A DNA stretch of 64,000 bases from Amoebidium appalachense (lineage: Eukaryota; Protista; Ichthyosporea). Shown here in pieces: positions 36,215 through 59,431 of the stretch. Under the pieces are notes generated by a model. That model was not told the DNA's origin. It saw only the letters and a program-made list of their open reading frames with translations, and did no database searches. Position numbers and translations under genes: made by a program. Each line of letters begins with the position of its first letter. Position 1 is the stretch's first letter. Location of the stretch: positions 5,773,167-5,837,166 of the forward strand of contig CAVNZM010000005.1 in the NCBI GenBank assembly GCA_963693365.1, in the 5' to 3' direction.

Positions 36215-39008
36215 GTGATTTTTAACACGCGACTCCACCACACAGACACACTGCAAGTGATTGTCGGGTACCCATCTAAGCCCCCAGAGCGCGCTATGCC
36301 TTTAGCAAGGTATGTTCAAAGTCACACTTTGCGGTTCCCTCAAATATCCCATGCCCACAACACCGACTGGGGAGTGGCCTTTTGGCCATCAACCATGTCA
36401 AAACTCTCTCTCCCTCCTAACCTCTCTAGGTCATCTGACCACTCTCCTATCCTTTTCCTACCTAAGATCTCCCTTAATCTGCTCTCTCCTCCTCCTCCCA
36501 CCTTTCGCCTCCGTCTATCCCAGCTCAAGTCACAGTGGGGTAAAGTTGATGTATGTGTATGCTATGCAACGAAACACCCTATACATATGGCCTATTAGAA
36601 TCTGCACACGCCAGACCAGATTCAGATCTCGTACTAGATACACGCACTAACTTTATTGTTGATGATTTGATAGATAGATCTCGGTGATTATGCTGGTGGT
36701 GGTAGGAAGGAATATCCCGATGCTCTCTTGTTACCAAACACCACTCCCGCTAGACTAGGTGAGCCCCTGTCTCAAAAGGAAAGCTTGCGCCGGCTTGCTA
36801 GTATGAATCGATTTGGCCCCCCTGCTCGTATCATTGGTGATACCACTGGAGACCCCCTCATAGACTCTGATAAGTATTTCTCGGAACTGTTTAAAGATAG
36901 GACCCCGGCTCAGAAACCTATTGTGTGGCCTGTAGACCCATCCATCCCCATAGAATCGATCCTCCCGTTTTTAAGTCCCGATACCATATGGTCTGTGATA
37001 TCTAGTTATAGCTCTAGTAAGTCTTGTGGACCTGATGGACTTCCTGCTGGGTTTCGTAAAATCCTTGTTCCCTCCTACCCACAAAAGGAAAGTGATCGTG
37101 ATCTTACTATTATGTTAAGCTCTCTCTTTTCTTTTCTTTGTGTGGTAAATGTGGACATGTCCCGTCATCTTGGTTAGATACCTTAGTGATCCCCATAGTT
37201 AAGAAGGACTCGGAGGGCCCCATATCATCTTTTCGCCCCATCACACTAACCCAGGTTGTTCGTAGATTCTTTGAAGCTTGCTTACTTAGGTTATTTGCAC
37301 ATCACCCTAGGTTTCAATCTATTCTTCACATACACCCATGCCAATCCGCTTTTCGTAAAAACAATTCATGTTATGTTCAAATAATGGCACTGCACGATTC
37401 TATGTCTATGCAAGTTGGTGCACGATATGTTGGTTTTATTGATTGGAAAACTGCTTACGATTCTGTCTCCCCTGGCCTCCTATGGGAAAAGCTTGCTGCA
37501 CGGGGTGCACCACACTGCATTGGTGTTTTGTTAGAAGCACTCTTGTCTCAAACCTATGGTAGAGCTGTGTTTAATGGGCATCTTTCATATGGTTTTGCTC
37601 GTACTAGAGGTCTCTTGCAGGGTTCATTGCTTAGCCCCTTTTTGTTTAACCTATTTATAGATGATTTGGCTGTCAAGATTTATGCCGAAAATGATGATCC
37701 TATTAATAACTTTCCGCCTGCACTTCTCTTATGCCGATGATCTGTCTCTCCTTGCCCGTACCCCTAGACGCCTGCAAAGATTGTTCGATGTAGTGTCCGA
37801 GTGGTGCAAGGCAAACCTTATGTTAAGGATTATGATCCTTAACATAGACAAATGTGGTGTTCTTGTACCTGATATAGTTAACAATTTACACACATTTACA
37901 TTATCATCTAAACCTGTACCTATAGTTCCAGAATACAAATATCTTGGTGTTCCGGTTAATTCTGTTGGTGTTATGTTTTCCCATATGGTCGAAAAGAGGG
38001 TAGAGCTGGCTCGTAAGCGGTTAGCTTTCTTCTGGGCTAATATTTTTTAAAGACACACCACTCCAACCTTAATGATTAGACTTACACTTATTCGCACTTT
38101 TGTCTTCCTGGCATGTGAATATGGTTTACCCCTTCTCGCCGCTTGGATCAAGAAAGAGAGAACTAGAGCGCTTAAACCCTTGGCAAATTTCCTTGAAGCA
38201 GAAGTTACCTCCTTTCTATCTAACAACTGTTGTAAACCTGGGCCTGTAACGCTCTCGATATATGGTCTGGTCCCAATAGCTGCTAGAGTATCCCATCTCG
38301 CGCTGAAATTCAATAAGCACATAAGCCGCTTAAAGAAGTATTTGCCCTCCCACCCTCTCTTCTCTATCCGACCTGTCCCCTCCTCACCTCTCCCCTCTTT
38401 CCTTCCCTCTCTCTCTCCTTCTCCCCCGGGCACAAATACAAATAAACCCCGCAAAAGTGTGCACTATAGTTGTGCGTGTGGCTTTCGACTGCCACTTACT
38501 TATTAGACATGTTTACACAATCACAAGATAATTACGCAATATAACAAATGGAAAAAGATACCACACGACACCAGACCCGATGAAAGCATACACCTTGAAA
38601 AACTAAGCCTTATGTCTCGTTTTATATAATGACCGCCTTAACCATATTCCCAAATATGGCACTCGCAAATGTGTAACACCTAAATACATATTACCTTCCT
38701 GTAGAATTGGTCTTTCTCTAGCTGATGGTATTATTGATCACATACCACGCTTTTACTGTACACGTGCTATACAGTGGAGATCTAATAAGTATAAGGTGGC
38801 ATCGTTTGCATGCCCAAACAACACACACACACACTAGTTTAAACGGTCATGCATCGCCAAATGTAGTTTGATAGACCACATAATACCGCAACACACACAC
38901 GTCACATTCACAACAGACACCCAGAAAGATAGCCTACCTGAAAATTACAACATCCTTGATTTTATACTGATCTATGAAAAACTACTCCGGGACGTGTGTT
39001 GCCTCTAG
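36215..39008 (+). mobile_element. Degenerate non-LTR (LINE-type) retrotransposon, APE endonuclease remnant plus reverse transcriptase
   Basis: SDHSPI (C-terminal APE motif, about 36430-36450), KSCGPDGLP, FRPITL, QSAFR, FIDWKTAYDSV, GLLQGSLLSPFLFNLFIDDL, YADDL, YKYLGV. Frameshifts near 37140, 37730 and 38045 and further stops downstream. Intronless and nearly free of G tracts. Ends not defined. Confidence 0.9.
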
Positions 39009-39300
39009 GGGGACATCCCCTTGGACGAAAGTGAACCTGCAATGGTTGTAAACCACGGCAAGCCCCCAGTCATCAATTTTATTGATCCGTGAGGTCTTTG
39101 TGCCCAAAAAACGGGGGAAGTCTTCGCCCCGTGAAAAAACAGCACGTATGTGTGGATCAATGGGGGTTGAGTGTGGGTGTAGGTGGGTGGGTGAAAAGGA
39201 ATATCATAGTATAGCTGTAAGGCTGTGGGTGCTAAACACAGAAGATGTGTTTGTAGCTTGCTGATCTGCTAAAAACTGTCGTGCTTATATACCTAAGCCT

Positions 39301-39405
39301 ACCGATCTGAGCCAATCAAAATCGATCTAGTGATATGTGAAATCTGATCCAAACCAATCAAACTCGGTCTAGTGATATGTGGAATCTGATGTTTTGATTG
39401 GCTAA
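39301..39405. repeat. Tandem ~40-bp CCAAT-containing repeat
   Basis: ccaatcaaaatcgatctagtgatatgtgaaatctgat and ccaatcaaactcggtctagtgatatgtggaatctgat, followed by an inverted tgattgg. Confidence 0.8.
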
Positions 39406-39614
39406 TAGGTGCCCGTGTGCGGGCAGCCAACCGCGAACTGCTAAAACACGAAATGAAGCCTACATGGTTATGTTGATACCGAACACCCATCCTACGTGTT
39501 TACCCAGAAAAAATATTTATGTCAATAAATTCCACAAATAAAACCACACGCGTAACTACGACCTATTTATTAAATGTATTGATTGGCTTGAGAAACACAT
39601 CATTACAAAATTCT

Positions 39615-39705
<91 letters not shown>

Positions 39706-41802
39706 AGCTGATAAAGAGTGTCCCAGGGGAGCCCGAAAAAAAAAAAAAAAAAAAAAAAAAAAAACGGGGAACCCCAACTAATTGATTTCTCTTAGTCTTT
39801 ATGGTGTCTCGTAGAGAAAGGAAACCCTGATATATAATCATCACCCGACATCTATGTACGTGATCATGATATACCGCTGAGGGGATATTCCGAGCAAAAC
39901 CCCCCCATACCTGAGACTGGTCTCTCTTTGCCTCGAGTAAACAGCGTAAACCCCCTGGTATATAGGAGGCTCTGGGTGCACGTAATATATGTACACATAC
40001 CGTACAGGTCTAGAATCTTGAATTTTCAAAAGTGCGCAGCCGATGGCTCTATGGCTCTCAGGAGCTGCAGAATGTTAGTGATTACTAATGCGGACGTGCA
40101 TACGGATGGTTTAAGTATACAAGGAAGTCTTTGACCTATCATAAATAAATACTTCATAAATACTGCAGAACACATTCGACTTGGTCCGGAAGACGTAAAT
40201 GCCCGTCTTCTAGAGCAAAATTTGAGGTTTTCTTATTTTTCGATCGCGTTCTTGCCAGAGGACCCCTAACAAGTAGGGTGTCGCTATGAAGCGTATGATA
40301 TTTATAACAACATTTCATAATACGCGAAGCGCGGTTCACTAATGAAAAAGCGGCTTTAGAGCTGCTTAAAGGTGGCTTGGTCGTGATTTCTAGAAGACGG
40401 CAAAACACCGTAGGCTAGACTTAGATCTATTTGGCACTCTATCAGATCGATCGGAGTTTCGACTCTGTAACGGTTGGCTTTTAATATTAATATTTGCACA
40501 CGTCAACGCATGACTTAGAAGGGGAGGGGAGACACCATCATTACTTTAACAAGCTTTTCTCTCTACCTTATGTTTATTTTATTTTCCGGGGGGAGAGGTC
40601 GGTGGGGGGGGGGGGGGGGGGGGGGGGGGGAGGGGGGGGGGGGAGGGGAGGGTTGCTACGTGTGCAACTGCTGTGGATGAAATAATGCATATGAATAAAA
40701 CATATGACGGTTGCCTGTGTATACTCTGTGCTTGTGTGTAAACTTAGCATGTCACTTAATTCCCCTCTCCTCGCCCTCCCCTTCCCCCCCTCCGCCCCCC
40801 CCCCCTCCCCCCCCCCCCCCCCCCTCCCCTCCCTCCCCTCACTGGACCTCCTCCTTTCCCCCAGTTCTTTTTTTAAGGAGATTGCCGGTCTTTTACCCAT
40901 GCTCCCGAGATATCTGCCATATAATTTGAAGAAATGGACTATAATGCACAATTCGTCTGCAGTAGATTACAGTACGTTATGGGTATGTTGGGGCATCCCT
41001 CCCCCCCCCCCTCCCCCCCCTCCCCCCCCTCCCCCCTCCCCCCCCCCTCCCCCCCCCCTCCCCCCCCCCCCCCCCCCCCCCACACACACACACAAAAAAA
41101 AAAATAAACATGTTGGGGAGGGTGGGGAGGGGGAGGGGGACATTAATGTAGATATTTTTCCTTCCCACCCCCACGTCCCTCCTTCTCCCCCCCCCCCCCC
41201 CCCCCCCACACACACACACCCACCCCCTTCCCCCCTCCACTTACCGCCTCTTCTCCTGCCCCTGCTCCACTCCCGTGTGCAGCAGCGGTGTCATCTTCTA
41301 ACGGGTTGAATGAGTAAGCCTGTAGCTTTCGTACATGTAGGTGCGCACGATGATGTGTGTGTGCTTGCATGTGGGTTCCACGGTGTGCGCGTGCTCCTAT
41401 GTGTGCATGTGGTTTTGAAATCCCACCGCTCCATTTATACGTATCTAACTTATAAATCGTGTGAATGCACACACGTACGTATTCGGCATAGAAAAAATGC
41501 AGAATCTGGACTGCGCGTATTCTTTCTTTCCCCACCATTTTCAGAATGTATGTACCATGAGGGTGTGGTCAAAGCTCTAAGAAACCGAAGCGAATGCACA
41601 AACTAAAATTTATACAACCATACACATGGAGTATCCGTTAGCCTTTTATTCTCTGTGGCACCCTGTGGCATGCTGCATGTCCTCCTTTGAGTAGGTACGT
41701 GTTGATGGCCATTAAAAAATCCACCTCTTGTATGTGTATCGAACTGAAACGTCATTCTACTATCCAATCACATCTATATATTAAATATTCAATATCCAGC
41801 CC

Positions 41803-41833
<31 letters not shown>

Positions 41834-42077
41834 AAATAAAATAAAATAATCGCAGTATTCTGGCTCCCAAACATAAACACCCAAACACCCAGAAAGGTCC
41901 TCCGGTATCATAATACCCCTGATACACCAGGGTTTCAGTAAGACTATTGTCACAAAAAAAAAAAAAAAAATTCGCCAGAAAGAAAATGAGAAGAATAAAA
42001 CATTTCAACATGAGAAATGACACGTGCACCCCAACATAAACCCAGCAGCCATCCATTTTCCTTTATTACAACAACAA

Positions 42078-42111
<34 letters not shown>

Positions 42112-42234
42112 ATCGCCCAACCATATCGGCATATTCTACAACCAAGACTAAGAAGGGGAAAAAAAAAAAAAAAAAGATTATCAACGAGGGCTGGCCCACC
42201 ATACATACACCCAGCAGCCATCCATTTTCCTTCA

Positions 42235-42266
<32 letters not shown>

Positions 42267-42372
42267 AAAAAAAAAAAATGAAAGAAAGAAAGAAAGGCAC
42301 ACCGCCCCAAACGTATCCCCAGAATGCAAAACCAGAACTTTTCACGTACTTAAAATCCTTGAAACTCCACAA

Positions 42373-51226
<8,854 letters not shown>

Positions 51227-52602
51227 GGTGGTGGCGGGGGAGGGCCTGGCGATGATTAGCAATTTCAGGTGTAATTTATAGCCAATGGAATGAATCAACA
51301 CTGTAATTATAAACTCAAAAACTTAAGAATATTTTTGGATAAATGCAGTGGCTGTGTTCTCTCTCGTTGTCCCATCCAGAGCACTTACGAGGATACCCAT
51401 TAGGTTTGTTCGTTGATATTGCAAACCATCCAAGTTTAAAGAACCGGGAGGAAGGGTGGGGGGGGGGAGAGGGGGGGGGGGGGAGGTGGGGGGGGGGGGG
51501 GGGGGGGGCGCCGGGAGTCTCCGGTCGGGGGGTTAAACGGGGGGGGGCGGGGAGCCGGCAGGGGGGGGAGCACGAAGGGGGAACAATGCCTTTCGAACCA
51601 CAGTTTTTTCAAATATCTCATCTCACACACGTGGCTATGAACACCAGACATGTACACACGAAGAAAATCATAGCACCAGACTGTATTTACGAAGACAGGA
51701 GAAAAGTACTTATAACACTGAATCCAAGCCGTGTTGGAAGGAGAAGAGAAAAATTCATGAACAAATTCACTAGCTAGTTCTACACAAAATAAAACCTTTC
51801 TTTTCTTCCTTTTTCCTTTTTTTTTGGGTTTTCTGTAGACCTACCTCGCTGCTCATGCAGTTGTAGACAATCAACCGATGTGGCCTTTTCACACTACTGA
51901 CGCCAGGCTCACACAAAAAAGTACCAAGCTCTCCCCAGAGCCCACACCTCTAAGCTTGGTTCAAGAGCACAGGAAACGTGGAAATTTGGCTGGAATGTGA
52001 CACTGGTGAATTTCCATGGAAACGCTTGCATTTTATAGCTGCTTGTGCTTCGCTGCGCAAATTTGCTGAGTGCACGCTTTTTGGCTTGTGCTTGTGGTCG
52101 AAAACGGAGAGATTTCGGTGAACGTGTTATTGCTTGCGCATGGAAGACCATACGTGCGAGGCCTATATACCAGTTAAAACGATTTTCGTGTACCCAAATA
52201 TAGTTATTTTTATCGTCCTCGCAAGCCATTGGATTACAGTATCCAATCAGAGTGTAGCCCGTTTGTTTACATCCAGCACGTTACATAACTTTTTGGTGTG
52301 ACACGATACTACGATCCTCTGACTTAGCCTCCCAAGTTTCTGCGCTTGACAGCCTGAGCACCAAACTAACTTGACACGAAAACACATGCCGCTGTAGTTG
52401 CTGAGACCAAGACCGCACACACATGCATACCGAAGTCAAGATGAAGGCCGCACATGCACACGTGTACCCCCCCCCCCCCCCCCCCCACCCCACCACCACC
52501 AAAAAAAAATCCGGGACTCAAGTAAATCAAATTAATTGAGTTTTACTTGTTCGTGCGTGGGCGCCGGGCCGCAATTGGTTCTTCAGTTCTAATGGGGTTC
52601 AC

Positions 52603-52692
<90 letters not shown>

Positions 52693-53292
52693 GTGCGTGT
52701 AATTGGGGGGGGGGGGAGGAGGATAGGGATAGGGTGCTTGTGCAACGTTCAACTTGGTCATGGATCGGTGGCTGTGCACGTGGGCCGGTGGCTGGTTGGG
52801 TGTGTGTGTGTGTGGAAGGGAAGGGGGGGGAAGATTTGAAGTTGCCGAGATGTAATGTGCTTTACTGTGTCGTCGATCCATCATTTTATCGACTAGATTA
52901 CATCCTTTTATGCATTTTGCTCAATGAGTCATCATTGAACGAATATTCAGCCAAGAGTTTTACATTTCATTCTAAATAGCAAATCTTAGGCACCTTTGAT
53001 TAACTTTCAACTTCCAAACATGTTTTCACCCTACAGGAACAAGTTCAAAAGGCAGCCGGAGGCCCGAGAGAGGCACATATTGTTGGGTGGGTGGGTGGGT
53101 GGGTGGGGCGAGAGAGAGGGGGGGGGGGGGGGGGGGGGGAGGGGGGAGGGGGGATGGGTGGATGCAGGGTATTATGAAAAGACAAAAATGAATAAACTTT
53201 TACGACTATTACAGAACAGGCAACCGAAACAGCTTCCGTGTGAAGCCTCTACTATACATTCATACCTATAGTGACTGTCTGTCACGAAGCAC

Positions 53293-53324
<32 letters not shown>

Positions 53325-53615
53325 ACTAAACACATTCATACATCATGATGTATATCTGTAACAATACATGCTACCTAAACGGTTAGTCATACACACAAAC
53401 GGGTGGAAGTGTCTTCTTGATGTGTTTCAAAATGTAGACGGTGGAGATTTACAAAACCATATCAGAGCGGATCATCAAGCATATCATATCTATACACGTA
53501 CTAAGTGTGCGCACACAAAAGATGTATGTTCCTGTGTGCGCGTGTGAAGGAGCACTTTTTGTACGTTTGCGACAACACTCAAGCGCCCAGGTTATGAATG
53601 CGTACGTGCATGTGT

Positions 53616-53658
<43 letters not shown>

Positions 53659-53804
53659 CGCGCGCGCGTGGGCATGCGTGTGTGTGCACGCGCATGCGTG
53701 CACATGACTGTGCAATACCTCAAAGATGTTGCATGCGCAAGAAAACGAATGCTAATTGATCGTGGATTGGCTGGCTGGGAGCCCAAGAATTAATCCTGCC
53801 ATCA

Positions 53805-56472
53805 TCAAATCTCCTTAGAGCTGCTGGCTTCCTCAAAAAGACGTAGCAAGTTTGCTTGGGCAGCCGTCAATTTCCTGGTGGTAGATAGTCGGTACGTTAG
53901 ATATTCAGCAGGGTAGATATTTTGTATTTGTTTACGAGCCATTTCACCATGAGTTGTCACAGGTTGACTGATTTATTCAGGAAGTCCTTAAACTGATAGG
54001 GGAAGGGGGGTGGGGGAGAGACGGGAGAGGAAAAGAGAGGTGGGGGGGGGGGGGAGGGGGGGGACGGGGAGACAGAGAGAGGGGGGGGGTGTTTGGAGGG
54101 GCGAGGGGGGGAGGGGAGGGGAGGGGAGGGGGTTTGCGTGTGTCAAATGCAAGAGAGCACGACATGTAGAAAAGTAAAAACAAAAACAAAGAAATGAACA
54201 TCACGGAGGATCGGGTTCCCCTCCCAGAAGGAAGACGAAGGGGGGATAAGGAGGGGGGCGCACTGGAGGGGGTGATGTGTATGTGTGTGTGTGTGGGTGG
54301 GTGGGTGGGTGGGTGTGGGTGTGTGTGTGTGTGTGTGTGTGTGCCTGTATGTGTGTGTGTCGGGAGGGGGGACGGCGGGCGAGGAGGGAGGTGGGGAGGG
54401 GAGAGTAATACGTCGGTACTTGCAGACGAAGCAGTGCAATATGGTCACCCCTCTCTCCCCCAACTCCTTTGCCCATCCCCCGACCAGTAATGGGCAGGCG
54501 GGTGCCGTGCTGGCTACCTGGCGGGATCTGCAAATGGTGAAATTTCATCAGATTGTTTAAAGCCCCGGTGGTGAAACTCCCTCCAATGAATAAAAGCCCC
54601 CACAGTGAAATTTCATCAAAAACCATTCAAAGCCCCCCTTCGGGACCTCAGCACGCACACACTCACACAAACGGACGTAAATAAGAGTGATATGACGCGA
54701 TAACAAAACACTCCCCCTCCCCATAATGATTCCACTCCCCCCCCTCTCCCCTCTCCCCTCTCCCCTTGCACCGAAATGCGTGAACTAGGGACCCTTTAGG
54801 TTAATGAGCAAATAGAAACACACATGAGTAAATGGTTGGAAACGATGTAAGTACGTACACACAGATATGCGCGTGCGTGCGTGTGTGTGTTTGTGGACGT
54901 GTGTGTGAATCCTTACACGGGTGCGTAAGCTTGCTGGGTGGGGGTGGGAGTGGGGGGGTTGGTGTTGGGGGGGGGGGGGGGGGGGGGGGTAAGGAGGAGC
55001 CTAGGGAAAGGGGGGAGGGTAAGAAGAGGAGGGGGCGCGGGGTGGGGGGGAGGGAGGCGGCGATAGTAAAGGGTGGAGGTGGTGGAGATGGGAGGGAGGA
55101 GCCGGAGGTGTTTGTGTGTGTGTGTGTGTGTGGGGAGGGGGGGAGGGGGAGAGGGGGGGGGGGGGGGGGGGGGGGGGGTTGTTGTTATTGGATACCTCCA
55201 AGGATACCTGACCGTCAATAACATCGACCGTTTTCTTGCCACCAAACACCGCCATCGGATAAGTCACAGTCACATCGGAGAGAATATCCGTTCCTTCCCG
55301 TCGGAAATGACTGCTGTTCTCAACCTGATAATCAAGGGGAAAGGGGGGGTGGGGGTTTAAGAAAACGAAAGGGTGTGTGTGTCTGCGTGAAATTGTGGGG
55401 GGGGGGGGGGGGGGAGGGGGGGGGGGGGGAGGGAGGGAGGGAGGGGGGGAGGGGGGGGACAACGGGAGGGAAAGGTGTAGAGACAGGCGAAAGGAAGGGG
55501 GAGTGACCGTGTGATGAGGGATATGGAGGGAGGGGGCAGGAGCGTGGTGGTGGTAGGCAGGTTTAGAAGCGAGGAGGTCGAATGCAACAAGGTGTCGTGT
55601 CACAAGACTATGTGTGGTGTTGGGTGTAGGTATATGGATGTGTAGGGTGGGAAAGAAGATCGAAAGGGGACGTTGGAGAGAATGAAACACAGGTGGATAA
55701 TGAAGGCGGAAAACAGTGATGTGAAGGAAGGCGGAGAGGGAGCATCAAGGGAAAGAAAGGGGAGGGGGGAGGGGAGAGGGTGGGGAGGGAGGGAGGGTGG
55801 GTGGGTGGGAGGGGGGGGGGGAGGGGGGCTCATACGGTAAGTTTGACTTTCAAGTTGCCATAGGCCCCACCGGAGAAACTTGAATCGCCCATACCAGCAA
55901 TGACAACATCGTCTCCGTCCTCAACCCCTATAAAAATACGACCAATCAGATAAGGCAACTAAATATAACGAATGAGCTTGATTGGTTAGATTTGAGGGTC
56001 ACGTGCAAAGATCATATGGTGCGAGGACCATTCAGATAATGCAACTAGAAAATAAACACATGTGCTTGATTGGTCAGATTCAAGTGTCACGTGCAGGGTC
56101 ATGTGGTGTAATGACCAATCAGATATGCAAGAAAAAAAACAAATATGCTTGATTGGTTTTACAATTTTAAGTAAGTATCACATGGAAGATCATATGCTGT
56201 GCGATAAAAATCGACGAGGGGCTTTTGAAGGGATTAAGTGGAAGCCCGTTGTGTCCGGCCCCAGAAAACTTAAAAACCATAGACCCATGTGCGATGGGGA
56301 ACAACACCAACTCATGTTGCACATCACACATGAAAACATAAATGCGTGTCGGCACATACACACACACAAACACACGTGCTTGCAAACAAACACTTTCCAC
56401 GGAGCTCCCATTCTCTCCCACATCTAATCCCTTTCCTCAATCACTACATGCATAGATTCAAAACAAATCTAC

Positions 56473-56514
<42 letters not shown>

Positions 56515-57520
56515 AAAAAAGGAAAAAAAAAACACAAAAAAAAGAACTCTCATCGAATTTTAACCCCTAACCGTTTGCCCGGAGGCCAAAATCGACCAGC
56601 TTTGAAAAAATAGAAAAAAATCCTTAAAGGCGGCCAAAGTGGACAAAAATGCTCCAAGCACATGTACATATGTCTTTCTTTGTGTCCCAAAAAAACGGCG
56701 TGTTCCTATGTTTCCGCACGTGTTATGAACACGTGATTTGTGTCGATTTTGCCGCCAACTGCGGCGGGGTTTCTTTCAAAACAGTTACGTAATATGAATC
56801 CCCGTAAAGATCTTAGCAAATCGGATTGATGCACTTATCAGCCGATCGATTCCAGGGCTGGAATCCGTGAATCCCGGGTATCCTCTTACCGAGAGCGTTC
56901 GAAAATTTGGGGCCGCTCGCTGAAAATATAGACACAGTTAGGCAGAACACCCACGAGAAACAGAAAAACATAGTCGACCCCGGTGTTTTTGGTGTTTTTC
57001 GAAAGTAGTTTTCACATACTAAGTTAGGCAGAAATTCCTAGCGTCATGACTATTACGCGTCAGGCGCTATTTCTTTTCAAAGGTCGCTGATGCATCTATT
57101 TTTGAAAATGATGCAAAAATGCATCGGCAAACGGCTAGGGGTTAAAAACCGCCTCGATATAAGTGGGAAAAGGCTCTCAATTAGATTTTCGAATGTCGTG
57201 TAGAAAAAATTTCTTCCCCGGGAGGGGGGGGGGGGGGGGGGGGCTGATATATGAACTTAAAGGTGGGTCAAAAAAGGAGCAAGGAAAAGCACAGAACACG
57301 GCCAATTCATAGACATAACCCAGTGGGAGGAGGAGGGGGGGGGGGGGGGGGGGGGGGGGGATAGGGGGGAGAGAGAGAGGGAGAGAGGGAAGGTGGGAGA
57401 GATGGGGGGGGGGGGGGGGGTGTAGAATGCGGGGCAAGAGTACAATGGACACATTCACCATGAACATCACAGCACATTTGGAAAGAGCACATAAAAACAC
57501 TACGCATCAGACGTAGAGCA

Positions 57521-57559
<39 letters not shown>

Positions 57560-58187
57560 GGGGGGGAGAGGAGGGGGAGGGGGGGGGGGGGGGGGGAGGG
57601 GGGGCTGTACCTGGGGGGATATCCACGAGTGTTGTTTTTGTCTCTGTCCGTCTGCCTCTGCCGGCACACTTAACACAGGGCTTAGGGATGACCATGCCAC
57701 CACCCCCACACTTGGGGCATACGGTCTCGTACCGCCAAAACCCAAACAGTTTACCTCGTTCCTGAGAGGAAAAACGAAAGAAGCGAGAATGGTATAAGTA
57801 TCAAACACGAAAAAGAAGTGAGAATTGGTGTAGGCACAAACAAGTTCAGTTTAAAGTCTGTCGACCCATTTACTAAATGGAAAACTCTGTTTAACACACT
57901 GCAAGATACATATGCGACTGTGAGTAGTTGCGCGTGCACATAAATTGAACACCAGTGAACTAAAAGGGGGTTTTACTACCACAATTACACACAACATTAA
58001 TGATATCATACTTCGTGAACGGACATGTAATGCAGCCCAGAGACGGGGCGGGGCGGGGTGGGGGGGCGGTGGGGAGGGTTGGAAACCGAGCTAGACTGAA
58101 GAAAGTAAACAGAAGAAGGAGAGCAGGAACATGACGGATAGGTGCTTGGGGGTTAGGAAACGGGTTTGGGGTGGGTGGGCGCCCGGG

Positions 58188-58219
<32 letters not shown>

Positions 58220-59399
58220 GGGGGGGGGGGGGGGGCCATTAGAGGGTTGGAATTTTTGAGGACACAAAATGGGGGAAAAAAAAAAAAAAACCTTACCAAA
58301 AATATAAATAAACAGAAGCAATTAAACCTAAGGGCCTGTTTGGCAGCGCAGTTATATCGTGTCTTTATCGTTTTCATCTTTTCGCCTAATGACACGATTC
58401 CGAAAATGTGCACTGCCTAACACGCCACAGCTTTCCGGACACGATAAGACGTTGGACATCGAAGTTATATCTCCGGAGGTGATTTTCGAAAAGACGATAT
58501 AACTTTTAGCCAATCGAATCGCCGTAAACCGTTCTAATTTGCGGTTGGTTGATCGACTACAAATGAAATAGTACCTAAGATGATATTTTGTATTCTTTTG
58601 TCGTATCGAAATTTTGTGTCGCGGTCAAACCTGGAGCGTCTTTAGGCGTGTTTGGTACGCCATAATCGTATCATTGCCCCTAAATACGTATACCACAAAA
58701 TAATTTTGTAAACACGATTATTCGTTTTTTCGCAAAATGACACGAATACGTTTATTTTCGGCTGCCAAACAGGCCGTAAAGAACGGGGGGAAAAAGTGAA
58801 TTGCAGGCAGGAGACACTTGAACAGAGGCCATCACCAGAAGGATCATGTGCGGCGGCGGCCGGGGGGGGGAGGGGGGGGGGGGGGGGGAGGGAGGGGGGG
58901 GGGGAAGGGGGGGGGCGAGGACAAAGTGGGGGAAGGTGCGGGGGGGGGGGGAAGGGGGGGCGAGGACAAAGTGGGGGAAGGTGCGGGGGGGGGGGGGAAG
59001 GGAGTTTGAGTAGCATACCTCTCCAGCCCCCCCACACCTGGGACACACGATGGCGGTGGTGCCGGCAGTCACCCCCGTGCCCCCACAGGGCAGACACCTG
59101 TGGATCTGCGTAGTTTCAACCTCCTTCCGCGTGCCAAGCGCTGCCTCTGATAGGCTGACGGTCACGTGCACCTGAGGAGGGTAAATGTCCGTCCGTTAGA
59201 TCGGATGACATAAAGAAACAAACGTTATTCATGTCTGAACCCTTCCACCCCCCCCCCCCCCCCTCCCCCCCCCGCCCCCTCCCCCCGCCCACCCCCCCCC
59301 CCCCCCCCCCCTTTTTTTTTTTTATGCTCTTCCCGGAACTTGAACCCATAATAAGTCCCCTCCTGTCTGGAACACCAATTTCTCTAATACACGGGCAAA

Positions 59400-59431
<32 letters not shown>

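Noticed and set aside
39701-39978. Possible CACTA/EnSpm-type MITE bounded by cacccag...ctgggtg
   Set aside because: The inverted repeat is only 7 bp and the apparent CA TSD is trivial next to a (CA)n tract.
51909-52229. 106-aa complex ORF between GH13 and DnaJ, and similar short ORFs at 6314-6973, 8578-9343 and 40154-40408
   Set aside because: No recognisable motifs or consistent splice-linked partners. Probably promoter or decayed transposon sequence.
55196-55212. Doubled donor gtatcc in DnaJ (GQ|gtatcc versus VSLE|gtatcc)
   Set aside because: The distal site gives the conserved DGQVSLEIPPG. The 6-nt match is too short to call a duplication.
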